Translations under genes and position numbers: made by a program
Assembly: GCA_964016885.1 (NCBI GenBank)
Contig: CAXHJY010000794.1
Coordinates: 1 to 52,727, forward strand
DNA: 52,727 bases
Direction of reading: 5' to 3'
DNA from: Eledone cirrhosa
Taxonomy: Eukaryota
Part shown: one piece after another, positions 13,546 through 29,946 of the stretch
How positions within the stretch are numbered: position 1 is the first letter of the stretch
Layout: the number at the start of each line of letters is the position of its first letter
The notes under the pieces: generated by a model
Told to the model about the DNA's origin: nothing
The model's database searches: none
Seen by the model: the letters and a program-made list of their open reading frames with translations, nothing else

Positions 13546-13930
13546 ACTAGGAAGCCTAGATTGGCCATGGAGACTACAACGAAGACGTCAAGTATAACAA
13601 TAATTGTTAAAGTAATTTAGAAGTTTCCTAAGAGAGGGAGATAAAAAACAACGATAGATTATTGCTTGCAGATATAAAACATGATTTATGTTGTTTGAGT
13701 AGAACAATAACTGAGGAATGAGATTTACTAGGAGCCAATGCGAACAACCTTCGGGGTGATGTGGTGTGGGGTGGTGTGGTGTGGTGTGAGGTGTGGTGTG
13801 GTGTGGTGTGGTGTGGTGTGGTGTGGTGTGGTGTGTTGTGTGGTGTGGTGTGGTGTGGTTGGTTGTAGTGTGGTGAGTAAACCTGCGTACTCAGATCCAT
13901 GCACATAATACATACATACACATAAACACG

Positions 13931-13997
<67 letters not shown>

Positions 13998-14010
13998 TCA
14001 CACTGCCATA

Positions 14011-14063
<53 letters not shown>

Positions 14064-14076
14064 TCACACTGCCATA

Positions 14077-14110
<34 letters not shown>

Positions 14111-14134
14111 CACTCACACTGCCATAGGCATATA

Positions 14135-14175
<41 letters not shown>

Positions 14176-14221
14176 ATGTGTATATATATTCATACACATA
14201 CACAAATATGCATATACGAAA

Positions 14222-14257
<36 letters not shown>

Positions 14258-14693
14258 TTATTCATACACATGCACAAATGTACATATGTATATATATATA
14301 TGTATATATATAAAAAAAAAGAAAATTTCGCTCTACATGGCTGAATACAATAAATGTAATCTGTGTTTTTCGAATATTAATAATAACATTCAATCCGTTT
14401 GCAATTATGCAAACAAGCCTTAATTTTATAGCCATGTCAGTAGAATGAACCCTTCATTCTTGCTCTTATGTTGGCATGCGAACAGAACTGCAGACAGTAA
14501 TGTGCATATATATGCAAACGAATCGAATGTTATTATTAATATTCGAAAAACTCAGATTACATTTATATATATATATTCATATACATACGCAATTATACAT
14601 ATATGAAAATGTATATATATATATATTCATATACATACGCAATTATACGTATATGAAAATGTCCACACGCACACGCGCACACACGCACACGCG

Positions 14694-14758
<65 letters not shown>

Positions 14759-15466
14759 AGAGAGAAATGAAAGGAGAGATGTACATATACATATATATAT
14801 ATTACATGCCCGATTCTCATATTTTCCAAGATAAACAAACATAACAGACACGCGTGATGATTGATTTTAAATCCGAAACAACTCACAAGTTTACAAGTGG
14901 AATACCTGAACAAGCAGTCAACCTACAAATCTCTAAGTCTAGTGTAGTTATCTCATTATTATCAACTCATATTACTGTAAATAACTTATAACAACCATCA
15001 TTATAAAACCCATAATAAACAAAAGACAACATGATTGAGATACACTCTAATTCATTATTTCTCTCACCACGGAGGGCCGCTGTATTCTTTCCGTTTAAAC
15101 CCCATTATCAAATTGCCATTCAGAGTAAACAGAAAATACCGAATTACACCACAGGAATTTGTTTTTACAATTTTTTTCCCTATCGACCATTTTCCCCTCC
15201 CACATCAATAACAATCGGTTGTAGCTCTATATTTGAGACTACAACTACGAGTAACATTAATAGAAACAATAGTATTGATAATAATTATAATTATATGTCA
15301 TTCACTCACCTAGAAACAACAATCAACGCGGTTTGAAATTCATTAACACTTTACTCTACTGCCATTTGATTTGTTTAATCTCACTTGGAGTACCTTGGCT
15401 TTGCTACCTTTTGTTTTAATTTCATGTTCGGTTCACAAAATTCGATCATATTCTGCATTCACTGCT

Positions 15467-16545
15467 TATAGAAGTCGACGTTTACCGGGATAATATACTA
15501 TCATCACTATAGAAGTCGACGTTTACCGGGATAATATACTATCATCACTATAGAAGTCGACGTTTAACGGGATAATATACTATCATCGCTATAGAAGTCG
15601 ACGTTTAACGGGATAATATACTATCATCACTATAGAAGTCGACGTTTACCGGGATAATATACTATCATCACTATAGAAGTCGACGTTTACCGGGATAATA
15701 TACTATCATCACTATAGAACTCGACGTTTAACGGGATAATATTCTATCATCACTATAGAAGTCGACGTTTAACGGGATAATATTCTATCATCACTATAGA
15801 AGTCGACGTTTAACGGGATAATATACTATCATCACTATAGAAGTCGACGTTTAACGGGATAATATACTATCATCACTATAGAAGTCGACGTTTAACGGGA
15901 TAATATACTATCATCACTATAGAAGTCGACGTTTAACGGGATAATATACTATCATCACTATAGAAGTCGACGTTTACCGGGATAATATACTATCATCACT
16001 ATAGAAGTCGATGTTTAACGGGATAATATACTATCATCACTATAGAAGTCGACGTTTAACGGGATAATATACTATCATCACTATAGAAGTTGACGTTTAA
16101 CGGGATAATATTCTATCATCACTATATAAGTCGACATTCAATTGATAATGTTCTATTATTACTATATAAGTCGACACTCAATTAACCTTGCTCTCTCATC
16201 ATTATATAAGTCGATGGTGGATTGGCAGTATCGGTAGAGGGTCGGACGCCATGCTTTGCAGCATAGAGTTACGGCTCTTTATGATCTGAGTTCAAATCCC
16301 GCCGAGGTTAACTTTGCCTTTCATCCTTATGGGGTCGATATAATAAAGTACCAGTCACGCACTGGGGTCGATTTCATCGACTTTCCTCTCTCCCCAAATT
16401 ACTGGCCTTGTGCCTATATAAGAAACCATTATCACTAGATATGTCGACATTCAATTAGACCATATTTTCTCGTCACTGTTTACATAAGTCGACTTTTAAT
16501 AGGATCATATGCTCTATTAACAGTTTATATAAGTCGACATTCAGA
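15467..16545. repeat. 41-bp minisatellite (TATAGAAGTCGACGTTTAMCGGGATAATATACTATCATCAC): 16 homogeneous units to 16122, then degenerate units split by a SINE
   Basis: Direct periodicity, with GTCGAC in most units. Confidence 0.93.
16213..16432 (+). mobile_element. Same SINE family, full length, inserted in the older part of the 41-bp minisatellite
   Basis: A box TGGCAGTATCGG, B box GAGTTCAAATCCC, central domain, tail AGAAACCATTAT. Confidence 0.88.
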
Positions 16546-16690
16546 AAAGTAAGAATGAAACGTCGGTGTTTTCAAAATATATCAATAACCCTCGACTCTG
16601 CAGACGTCTTGTATTGAGTACTTAATATTCGACAGGATTGTATATACATATATATACTGGTGCGCATGTGCGGCTGTATATATATAAAAC

Positions 16691-16850
16691 TATGTATGTA
16701 TGTATGTATGTATGTATGTATGTATGTATGTATGTATGTATGTATGTATGTATGTATGTATGTATGTATGTATGTATGTATGTATGTATGTATGTATGTA
16801 TGTATGTATGTATGTATGTATGTATGTATGTATGTATGTATGTATGTATG
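16691..16850. repeat. (TATG)n microsatellite, continued at 18001-18057 beyond the RLE element
   Basis: Direct observation. Confidence 0.95.
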
Positions 16851-17999
16851 TTCTTTCTCTTAATTTCGAGTATATTTTTTTGACCATCCACCTTCCTGGT
16901 GGCAAGGTTGTAAAAGAAAAGAAATTGTCATCCTTCGAATCGCAAGAATGTTTTGCAAATGTTGAAGGTGCCAGCTATCGCAGCCATTTGTAGACTATGA
17001 TTTAGGGAGCTGCGCTTTTTGTCCGCAAATCCAAGTTCAGTCATACTTTGGTCCAAGCGGGTTGGTATATAACCCTTAGCTCCAATAATGATGGGTATGA
17101 AGCTAAAGGTGTATCTTGGATACTGGATTTGTAAACTCCTCATCAATGGTCCGTAGATGTCCTCCTTCTCCTGTATTTTTCTGACAACGTTTACATCAAG
17201 TGGGCAGGTGATCTCCACAACAGAACACGTTTTCAATGTGTGGTCCCAACCAACAATATCAGGCCGGTTGTGCTTTAATTTGGTGGCAGTTTTTATTTTC
17301 AGGTTCCACCAGTATTGCTTAGTGCCATCTGTCTCAATATATTCTTCTTCGTTTGTTGTTAATTTTGTTTTCCGAAGTGCGTTCCAGATGGTTCTAGCTA
17401 TCCGATCGTGTCTCATGGGGAGGTAGCAGCGAGATGGCATTCTTTCGCAGCTGGCAACAATGTGGCTTACATCCTCGATCCTTTTTTTACATACTCTACA
17501 TTTATTGTCAGCTGCTGGCCCTCCCCTTTTGTGCAGCAGATATTTGGTAGGGAGTTCTTGTTCCTGTATTGCATAGAGATATCCCTCAAGGTGTGATGTC
17601 ATAAATTTGTCGGAACTCCATGCCAGGCTTTTTGAGTGGTTTATCCCTCTATGATCTGTGTTTTACGTCTCAAGTATCCATGCACAACTTTTTCTGTAAA
17701 TTGGTCAATTTTTTCATCTTGTTTGAACATTGAATAGGATCTTCCGATTTCTCTGGGTAAGAGATTTATATCAGGCTTTATTCCATATCTCTTCTCCAGA
17801 TCAGTCGCTATTCTAATGATATATTTTTTTTTCATGCTCATAAACCTGGGCAAGATGGTTGCCAACCTTTTTCCTCTGTTGAAGGTGTTGCTTCAGTGTT
17901 ACTATCCGGGTCTCATATGTTGTTAATATGGATGTTAGACCCCGGCCCCCTTCCTTGCGTGAGAAGTATAGCCTATCCACATCACCATTGATGTTAAAC
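16851..17999 (-). mobile_element. 5'-truncated R4/Dong-type non-LTR retrotransposon (RT thumb, CCHC zinc knuckle, restriction-like endonuclease) embedded in (TATG)n
   Basis: DVDRLYFSRKEGGRGL, AIQEQELPT, CRVC..E...H...C, RHD, HNRPDI, VVEITCP, EKEDIY, PIIIGAKG. Stops/frameshifts upstream of 17602. (TATG)n on both flanks. Confidence 0.88.
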
Positions 18000-18028
18000 G
18001 TATGTATGTATGTATGTATGTATGTATG

Positions 18029-18059
<31 letters not shown>

Positions 18060-18113
18060 CATTATTTTGTAAAATATTAATGTCATGTCAGTCATTTGTA
18101 TCCTGCTGTGTAG

Positions 18114-18162
<49 letters not shown>

Positions 18163-18196
18163 CATATATATATACATATATATATACATATATATA

Positions 18197-18281
<85 letters not shown>

Positions 18282-18479
18282 GTGTCAGTGTGTGTGTACA
18301 TCAGTCAATGATATCCTGGTGTGTTTTAATTATCAGTTCAGTGAAGAGGAAATGAATTTTGTTTGATATAAAAGGTCTCCTACCACCTGTATGTGTGTAT
18401 GTGTCTGGGTGTATGTATGTCTGCATCTCGTTTTTTCCACGTTTGTGAGAATATATTTTGTATCTATACAGAAAAATAC

Positions 18480-18720
18480 ATACACACACACACTTATATA
18501 TATATATATATATATAATGTATGTATGTTTGAGTATATGTATGTATATATATATATATATAGAAATATATATGCATGTATATATGTATCTATATATATAT
18601 ATATATATATGCATGTATATAGATATATATATACATATATGTATATATGCACACATATATATGTATATATATATATATGTGTGTGTGTATATATAATATA
18701 TATGCATATATATGTGTGCA

Positions 18721-18765
<45 letters not shown>

Positions 18766-19899
18766 GTGTATATATATATGTATGTATATATGTATGTATA
18801 TATATATGTGTATATTTATGTATATATATATGTATATATGTGTGTATGCATGTATATATATATATGCGTGTATGTATGTATCTATATATATATATATGTG
18901 TGTCTATGTATGTATATATATATATGTATATATGTTCGTATGTATATATATATATGTATATATGTATGTATATATATATGTATATATGTGTGTATGTATA
19001 TATATATGTATGTATGTGTGTATATATATGTATGTATATATGTATGTATATATATATGTGTATATTTATGTATATATATATGTATATATGTGTGTATGCA
19101 TGTATATATATATATGCGTGTATGTATGTATCTCTCTATATATATATGTGTGTCTATGTATGTATATATATATGTATATATGTTCGTATGTATATATATA
19201 TATGTATATATGTGTGTATATATATATGTATGTATATGTGTGTATATATATATGTATATATATATATATTAATATATATATTTGTGAATATATATATATA
19301 TATATGTGTATATATATATATGTGAATATAATACAAAAATCTATATGTGAATATGTATATATGTAAATATATATATATATATGTATATATATATATGTAC
19401 ATATATATATATATATGTATATATATATTTATATGTATATATATATATGTGTATATATGTGTATATATATACGTGTATATATATATATATGTGTATATAT
19501 ATATGTGTATATATATATGTGTATGTATATATATGTGTATATATATATGTGTATATATATATGTGTATGTATATATATGTGTGTATGTATATATATATGT
19601 GTATATATATATGTGTATATATATATGTGTATATATATATATGTGTGTATATATATATGTGTATATATATATGTGTATATATATATATGTGTATATATAT
19701 ATATGTGTATATATATATGTGTATTTATGTGTATATATATATATATATATATATGTGTATATATATATGTGTGTATATATATATATATGTGTGTATATAT
19801 ATATATATATGTGTATATATATATATATATGTGTATATATATATGTGTGTATATATATATATATGTGTATATATATATGTGTATATATATGTGTGTATG

Positions 19900-19930
<31 letters not shown>

Positions 19931-19936
19931 GTGTAT
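18480..19936. repeat. Long imperfect (TA)/(TG) microsatellite field; similar fields at ~1170-1975, 2900-3300, 5325-6260, 24170-24840, 26900-28125
   Basis: Direct observation. Confidence 0.9.
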
Positions 19937-20405
19937 AGTAATAGATAAATTGATTTATATATTTATCTAATTAACCATGTATAAAGGCACGATTTTCGAG
20001 GACCTTTACAATGTGTGTTTTTATAGATCCTAAATTAGATAGGTATATAGGTGCAGAAATATATTTACTACTATCTCTCATACTACTATTACTATTGATA
20101 GACGGGTTCATTGTATTTGATTCTATTTTTTATATTTGTATAAAACCCGTGCATAGAGAGGTATGTGTAAGAATTTTTTTGATATTTTTTGCAATCGTGA
20201 AATTTCTGTTTCGAACCAAACACATAATACATTGGACAAGACTCTTCTCGCATAGATTCGGATTTAATCAGCTGTTCTGATTTGGAAGCAATCGTCAAAG
20301 TGAAAGTATCGATATTAACCAGAAATCGAACGTATAATCTGAATAGATCTTTGTAATTTTAACCTACACAAGTCATTGAGTAACTTTTCTCATCTTCGTC
20401 GTTCT

Positions 20406-20450
<45 letters not shown>

Positions 20451-20726
20451 ATTATATATATTTATATATACAGGCACACACACACATCTATATATATATA
20501 TACACACATATATGTATTTATATATACAGGCACACACACACACATCTATATATATATATATATATATATAAATGAAAGGTATAGAAAGTATTGTAGCAAG
20601 AAGCCAACAGTATTCCATAATATATAAGTGACTATAGCGTCAAAATGGGAAAATAGTTAACGTAAGATGTGTGAAAAATAATTCAAACTCAATACAAAAA
20701 GAATCAGGATATATATATATATAGTT

Positions 20727-20917
20727 AATAATTGTTTCTACTTTTGGCACAAGGCCAGCAATTACCCAGTGCATTACTGGTACTTTATTTTATCGACCCC
20801 GTAAGGATGAAAGGCAAAGTTAACCTCGGTGGGATTTGAACTCAGACCGCAAAGGGACGTAACTATGCTGGAAAGCATGGCGTCCGACCCTCTACCGATA
20901 CTGCTAACCCACCGCCC
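20727..20917 (-). mobile_element. Same SINE family, full length
   Basis: Reverse complement of the consensus, with flanking direct repeat AGTTAATAATTG. Confidence 0.88.
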
Positions 20918-21655
20918 TTATATATAGAGTTAATAATTGAAACAACATAAGGCAGGCAAAAATTATTATATTAGGTTCACACTTATTTATCCTGATTGTA
21001 AAACCAATGAGTGCACCATCTGTCTGTTCAGCTAATAGCACTGAATCACAGGCTGGTATACATACAGGCATGGTGGCTGCCAACTCGTTTTCGAGTACGG
21101 CCACTACTTTATATCCATGTAGGAGAACCCCTACCGATGCGCTGAACGAATGTGACTTTTTAGTCCAGCCAGCGACTTGAAAACTCTGGTACAAAGACTA
21201 CACTTGTGACCTTTATTGACACATAGTGCAGGGCCCATGGTACCATGTGATGACAAGTGCAGAGAGATCTCCAGATATAAAGCAATGCCTGTGCCGTGAA
21301 GCTTTTATAGTGAGCAAAGGCACTGCACAAAGCCAGTCCCACTCTCTTAACCAAGATGATATTTACCAAAAAGAAGAACAAGTCAACATCATTGGATACC
21401 ATCAGGGTTGCAGGTGTTATATCAGAGTTTTCCTTCTCCTAGAATTCTGCCTTGACAAAGGCTAAGGTGTCATATACATATACATACATACACGCATTTA
21501 TACGCACACACATATATATATATATATATATACATATGTGTGTATGTGTAAGTGAAACACCCACAGTTCGGCCCCGATGCTAGTCTTAAGCAATAAAATC
21601 TAGATTCCATGATATAGTGTTATGTAAGGGAATGAATTTTCTTGAACATTACGTA

Positions 21656-21687
<32 letters not shown>

Positions 21688-21785
21688 TTATATATATATA
21701 TGTATATACATATATGTGTGTGTGTTTGTGTGTATTTATGTGTGTATATATATGTATATATTTATACATACATATTTATATATTC

Positions 21786-21833
<48 letters not shown>

Positions 21834-21897
21834 ATGGATATATACATATATGCACATATCCACATACATATATATATATATTTATATATTTGCATAC

Positions 21898-21945
<48 letters not shown>

Positions 21946-21984
21946 AAGTGTGTGTGTGTGTATTTCTACATATATATATATATA

Positions 21985-22037
<53 letters not shown>

Positions 22038-22492
22038 GTATGTGTGTACATAATAGTTTTGCAGTAACTTCGATAAATTGCACAGAATTTAATTAAGACA
22101 ATATATTTCTGCTATTGCTATAGAAAAGAAGTGATAACTCTTAGTTAGGGTACAATCGGGAATGTGAGGAAAAATACCGATTTTCTTCGACAGCAATAAC
22201 TCATCTATAGGACAGTTCTGAGCACAGCTTCGCACATTCTATTGTAGTAAGGTAAAAAAATGTAAAGTATTCTTAACTCTTAGGGGAGTCTTAGGGACGC
22301 CGTCCTGACATATGGCGTGTGTTGATGAAGTTTAAAACTGGCAGTGTCCATTCCTCTACAGGTTGGAACATAGGATATTTTTCCCAGAAGAAGAAATAAA
22401 GAAATAGAGGGAAAAATGAAGATTCTACTCTAGTATTTGACTGGTAATTTAATTATAGATTTTAGTGAACACTTTTTATTCAACGTGCTTTC

Positions 22493-22800
22493 TTGAGTCC
22501 ACTTCATTGAACCCACTTCATTGAGCCCACTTCATTGAGCCCACTTCATTGAGCCCACTTCCTTGAGCTCACTGCATTGAGCCCACTGCATCTCACTTTA
22601 TTTAACTAATTTCGTTTAAGTGATTTCATTTAGCTACCTTCATTGAATTCACTTCGTTGAGCTCACTTTATTTAGCTCGGTTCATCGAGCTCACGTTCTT
22701 GAGCTCACTTTATTTAGCTAAACCTATTTAGCACACTTTCTTGAGCTCGCTCATATAAAGCTCTCTTTCAACTAACTTCCTTGAACGCAATCCCTGAACT
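22493..22800. repeat. Degenerate 14-bp tandem repeat (TTGAGCCCACTTCA)
   Basis: Clear units at 22493-22590, decaying rightward. Confidence 0.75.
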
Positions 22801-23189
22801 CTTTCATTACATTTACTTCCTTAAACCAATTCCTTCATTATACGTACTTCAATTTAATTTCTTTGACTAAATGAAGAATCAAGTCACAAAAATAATTGGT
22901 TTGCAAAGAAACATAAATGATATCTTTTTCCAAGCTATGTGGGTTTACGTATTATTTTTTTAGCCACAAAATACTCCAAAGGCAACATCTGCTGACCCTA
23001 TAAATAGCCTGTAAATTAACATGAACGACATGATCGGCTCCGGATCGACTGGGAAAGACGTTGGACACAGTTTTATCCCCAACACCAAAACAAACGATAA
23101 AAATGAAACGACCATAATCTGACTGAACACATACTTAAACAGAACACATATACAAAATCGCAGGTACATACACACACACAGAGATAAAC

Positions 23190-24005
23190 AGACACACACA
23201 CACACGCACACAGTCTAACGAAAACACACACACATACACACACACACAGATGCTGACTACAGCACACACACACACACACAGTCTGACTAAAGCACACACA
23301 CACGAACAGTCTGACTACAGCACACACACACAGTCTGACTAAAGCACACACACAGTCTGACGAAAGCACACACACACACAGCCTGACGAAAACACACACA
23401 CACACACAAACTGACGAAAACACACACACACGTACGCACACAGTCTGACGAAAGCACACACACACACAGCCTGACGAAAACACACACACACACACGCACG
23501 CACACAATCTGACTAAAGCACACATACAGAGAAACAAACACAAACAAGCAAGAAGAGGTTCATTGAAAGAAAATATATACTGTAATATATACACAGAATA
23601 TCAAACGGAATAACATATATATACACATATACACATCCACACACACATACAGCTCATACACACACAGACACATAGACACATACAGCTCAAATAATTCAGA
23701 CACGTACACACATACACACACACACACACACACACAGACACGTACATCACAAGTTATTCAGACACACATACCCACATACAGCTCAAATTATTCAGACATA
23801 CACGTACACATACATACATACACACATGCAGAGCAAATTATTCAGACACACACATACACATAAACACACGCACACAGCAAATTATTCAGGCACACACACC
23901 AAAATAATCAAACATAAACACACACACAGCAAAATATTCAGACAGACATAGACGCATGCAAACACACACACACACACATCAAATTATTTACATACACACA
24001 CACAT
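23190..24005. repeat. CA-based compound minisatellites (anchors GTCTGACKAAA and CAAATTATTCAGA)
   Basis: Recurrent anchors separated by variable (CA)n. Confidence 0.75.
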
Positions 24006-24170
24006 GCTCCACCTTCTACTCTGACCCCCTACATATATTCCCTAGTAGAGCAGTCCAATAGTAATTTATAATTCGGCCTTATACCACAGACAAGAATACA
24101 ATGACTGATTTTACCACAGTATATTGTTTGTTTGTTTTTCCTACTTTTCTCTCTTTTTTTTCTCTCGTTG

Positions 24171-24203
<33 letters not shown>

Positions 24204-24251
24204 TATATATACGAAGATATATATTTATATATATGAAGATATATATTCATA

Positions 24252-24331
<80 letters not shown>

Positions 24332-26902
24332 AAGATATATAAGAAGAATATATCTGCATTTATATATATATATATATAAAGATATTTGCTTATATATATA
24401 TAAAGATTATATATATATAAAGGAGATCTGTATATAAAGATACATATATATATATATATAAAAGAGATCTATATGTATATAAAGATACATATATATATGT
24501 ATATATATATATATAAAGATATATGTATATATATATATATGTATACACACATATATACACATACACACATATATATATATATATAAAGATATATGTATAT
24601 ATATATATATGTATACACACATATATACACATACACACACATATATATATATATATATAAAGATATATGTATATATATATATATATATGTATACACACAT
24701 ATATACACATACACACATATATATATATATATATATATAAAGATATATATGTATATATATATATATAGATATAAAGATATATATATATATATATATAAAG
24801 ATATATGTATATATATATTTTCATATATGTATAAATATATTATTTGCCCCTCACGTCTTATCAACTTCAGGCATATACACACACATTAACAATTCCCAGA
24901 GGAATCTTACACACACACATATATATATATATAAGTATGTATGTTTACAAACTTATATACACACACATACACACACACACATATATATAAGTATGTATGT
25001 TTACAAACTTATATATATGCACACACATATATATATATATATATATAAGTATGTATGTTTACAAACTTATATATATGCACACACACACATACATACACAC
25101 ACACACATATATATATATAAGTATGTATGTTTACAAACTTATATATATACACACATACACACACACATAGAGTACGCTTATTTTTATTTGCTATTTCAAG
25201 TGAAGAATTAATTTTGTTGTAACTTTTTTTTGTTTTCTTCTATTTCTGAGTAATTTGTTTTTGTTATATGATTTTGTTGTTTTTGTGTTGTTTATTGGAT
25301 TTCTTGGAAATTCTTTTGTCTAAAATTCCTAGAAGACTTTGATGAATGAACAAATAGCATGGCGAGCAGATAGGCATACTTATATACACCCATACACACA
25401 CACGTACACACACACATCTACACTCACACACACACACACGTACACACACTCATGCACACCCATGTACACACACACATATACACTCATATACATACACGTA
25501 CACACACACACAGTCAAAGACACTCATATACACCCACGCACACACACACATATACACTCATATACATACACGTACACACACACAAAGACACTCATGTACA
25601 CCCACGTACACACACACACACATATACACTCATATACATACACGTACACACACACTCATACACACCCACGTACACGTACACACACACTCAGACACCCATA
25701 CACACCCATATATACTCATATACATACACGTACACACACACACACACACACACACTCAGACACTCAGACACACCCACGTATACACACACACTCATAGACA
25801 CTCGTACACACCCACGTACACACACACACACTCAGACACTCATACACACCCACGTACACACGCACTCACTCAAAAACACTCGTACACACACACACTCTAA
25901 AACACTCATTCACACCAACGTACGCACACACACTCTCAGACACTCATACACACCCACGTACACACACACCCACGTACACATACACACACTCAAAGACACT
26001 CATACACACCCACGCGCACACACACACACACACATACTCAAAGACACTCATATACACGCACTCAAAGACACTACACATATACACACGCACTCAAAGACAC
26101 ACTCATACATACACACACACATACATACACACGCCCACAGCACACATCTATGTTTATATATATATGTGTGTGCGTGTGCATAAATGTATTACAGCATATG
26201 TGGCTATAAATGTATATGCATACACACACACATATATGTCTGTGTGTATGTATATATATCTATTTATATATATGTATATAAATATATATATATATGTATA
26301 TTTAATACAATAACAGAGATAGCATAAAGTTAAACTCCGACTGGTAACCATCTCACTCAACAAACATTAGGTTATATATTAGTATAAACCCAATTTAAGT
26401 GTTTGGGGTGTTAACTATATGTATTTTGTGGAAAGCCAGTTGTATTATTTTATGAGATATAATTAAAGTTAAAATATATCTCTCTTTCCAAACAATTGTT
26501 TCATTATAAGTTTTCTACAAATTGGGAGAATGTTTCCAGTTTATGTAGAAGCCTAACATATATTCATGTAAGAATATATTTAGGTGGGCACTTATAAATC
26601 TTCAGTGGAAGCCCATTAAACTTTGATATAAGAAAAAATTCTTACCGCAGTTAAAAATCGTGTCTGCTAAGCTGCTCCTTCACGCATCGAATGACCGCCA
26701 AATTTGAAATTCCAGCAGTCTTTTGACTGAGGAAGTTTCATAGCGTCACGAAGCGGGAAAGGGAGACAACTACGATTCACGAGAAAAGAAAATAATATAC
26801 ACGTGGATTAATTAGTTTTTTCAAAAACATTATCAATCCAACGTGTTAAGAACTCAATTGAAATTAAAAACTTAAATGTATGCGTGTATTAATTACACAC
26901 GC

Positions 26903-26933
<31 letters not shown>

Positions 26934-26973
26934 TATATGTGTATATATGTATATATATATATGTATATATATG

Positions 26974-27009
<36 letters not shown>

Positions 27010-27963
27010 TATATACATATATATATGTGTATATATGTATATATATATGTATATATATATATATACATATATATATGTGTATATATGTGTATATATGTGT
27101 GTATTTATGTATATATATATATATATATTTATATGTATATATATATATATGTATATATATATATTGGCAAAATGACCCTCCCAAAGTATAACAATATATA
27201 TATATGTTTATATGTATATGTATATATATATATGTTTATATGTGTATATATATATGTTTATATACATATATATATGTATATATATATATGTATATATATA
27301 TATGTATATATATATATGTATATGTATATATGTATATGTATATATGTATATATATATATATGTATATATGTATATGTATATATATATGTATATATGTATA
27401 TATATATGTAAATGTATATATGTATATATATATGTAAATGTATATATGTATATATATATGTATATATATATATGTGTATATATGTATATGTGTATATATA
27501 TATGTGTATATATGTATATGTATATATGTATATGTATATATATATATGTGTATATATATATATGTGTATATATGTATATGTGTATATATATATGTGTATA
27601 TATGTATATGTATATATATATATGTGTATATATGTATATGTATATATGTATATATATATATGTGTGTATATGTATATATGTATATATATATGTATATATA
27701 TCTCTATATATATATATGTATATATATCTCTATATATGTATATATATATGTATATGTATATGTATATATATATGTATATATATCTCTCTATATATATATA
27801 TGTATATATATATGTATATGTATATGTATATGTATATATATATGTATATATATGTATATGTATATGTATATATATATGTATATATATCTATATATATGTA
27901 TATATGTATATGTATATGTATCTATATATATGTGTCTGTCTATAAATATATATATATATATAT

Positions 27964-28057
<94 letters not shown>

Positions 28058-28058
28058 G

Positions 28059-28123
<65 letters not shown>

Positions 28124-28181
28124 TACCTCATATATCTCGGTGAGGTTGTATAGGCATGTGATTGTATACAGACACGCACAC

Positions 28182-28267
<86 letters not shown>

Positions 28268-28269
<2 letters not shown>

Positions 28270-28468
28270 CGAAGGAAATGTGGTAAGGAACCGGGTGGAC
28301 CATAACGCACCAAAGTACTCAATACTTAGGGTAGTAGAGTGGGTAATAGGAACCAGTAAGACCCCCGACGGCTGAGCTCAAGCCGTCTCGACGGCTAATT
28401 CTGGACAGATAATGTCCAGAATTAGCCGTCGAAACGGCTTGAGCTCAGCCGTCGGGGTCTTACTGGTT

Positions 28469-28473
<5 letters not shown>
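28268..28473 (-). mobile_element. Short fold-back element of the same family as 40669-42128: arms 28346-28407 / 28413-28473 + 78-bp tail
   Basis: Near-identical to 41995-42128. Each arm has only the 3' half of the hammerhead (GAAACGGCTTGAGCTCAGCCGTCGGGG; GAGAC in the left arm). (TA)n on both flanks. Confidence 0.8.
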
Positions 28474-28510
<37 letters not shown>

Positions 28511-28590
28511 CACACACACATATATATATTAAAATGCCTATATATTTTCCTTACTTTTTAGCTCTATGTATTTGTTCATGGACTCCTATG

Positions 28591-28695
<105 letters not shown>

Positions 28696-28732
28696 CATGT
28701 ATGTATATATATATAAAGCATATGTATATATC

Positions 28733-28997
<265 letters not shown>

Positions 28998-29610
28998 AGG
29001 TATAGTTGTTGTTTTCTTGTCATTCCCTCTTCCAATGTAGCAAATTAGAAAACACAGATGAGCTTAGATCTTTTAGACGTGGAATAAACAACGCAAGTAA
29101 TTTAGAGATAATCGTTAAACAATTTAAAATTCGGCGATGATTTTATCTTTTACATCATTCTTATGATCTTCTGCTGCCTAGAACTAAGAAGCGATAACAT
29201 CATCCGACTATCCCCCGCTACATTCAGAAGAGTAGTTATTGATATTCTCGAGACGTTAACGGCTTCAATGCTTGTGAAGGAAATATATAAAAACAAAATA
29301 ATTAGCGTTATTAGAAAATATTTGTTTTCCAGTTGTTTCTGTTATGAAATATCTTTGAAGGAAACAGAAGCCTTTTCGAAATCACTAGACGTATCTGAGG
29401 AACTTGCGAATCCAGAGTCAGGTTCGATCCACAAACAGATCGCACCTCGAGCTGTTCGCCGGAGAAACAAATGTAATACATAATAAATTGTGTTACGATG
29501 CATCACTGATTCTTCGTTTTCCATTTTATCATACTCTGCTTCGAAGGGGTCATAGTGTGCTCAACCGTCATACCGCCTATGGACGCATCCTAGCAACCAT
29601 ACGACACACG

Positions 29611-29660
<50 letters not shown>

Positions 29661-29747
29661 ATATCGTTCCTTAACATATGTTTCTGTACAATATAAGTCT
29701 ATGAGCGCTAACTGCATAGTCTTATGTTCAATCGCAAGCATTACGTA

Positions 29748-29775
<28 letters not shown>

Positions 29776-29780
<5 letters not shown>

Positions 29781-29946
29781 TAGATATAGGGATAGAACCA
29801 GTTTGAGACTAGTTAGAGCATTACTCAACAGAGTATTTGATACTTGGGGTAGTAGAGTATGGCCAAATACTAAAGAGTTGGGACCCGACAGCTGAGCTCT
29901 TGCAGTTTCAACAGCTACGTCCAGGTCTCGAACGGCAAGAGCTCAA
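29776..29946 (-). mobile_element. Diverged relative of the 28268/40669 family (tail + hammerhead 3' half + short inverted piece)
   Basis: Shared blocks ATACTT.GGGTAGTAGAGT and GACCCGAC.GCTGAGCTC..GC.GTTTC; the inverted piece is GCAAGAGCTCA. Confidence 0.55.

Noticed and set aside
15467-16122. 41-bp array as a CRISPR or iteron array
   Set aside because: No spacers; it is a simple tandem minisatellite.
16213-16300. tRNA gene suggested by A/B boxes
   Set aside because: No cloverleaf. The boxes belong to a multi-copy SINE head.
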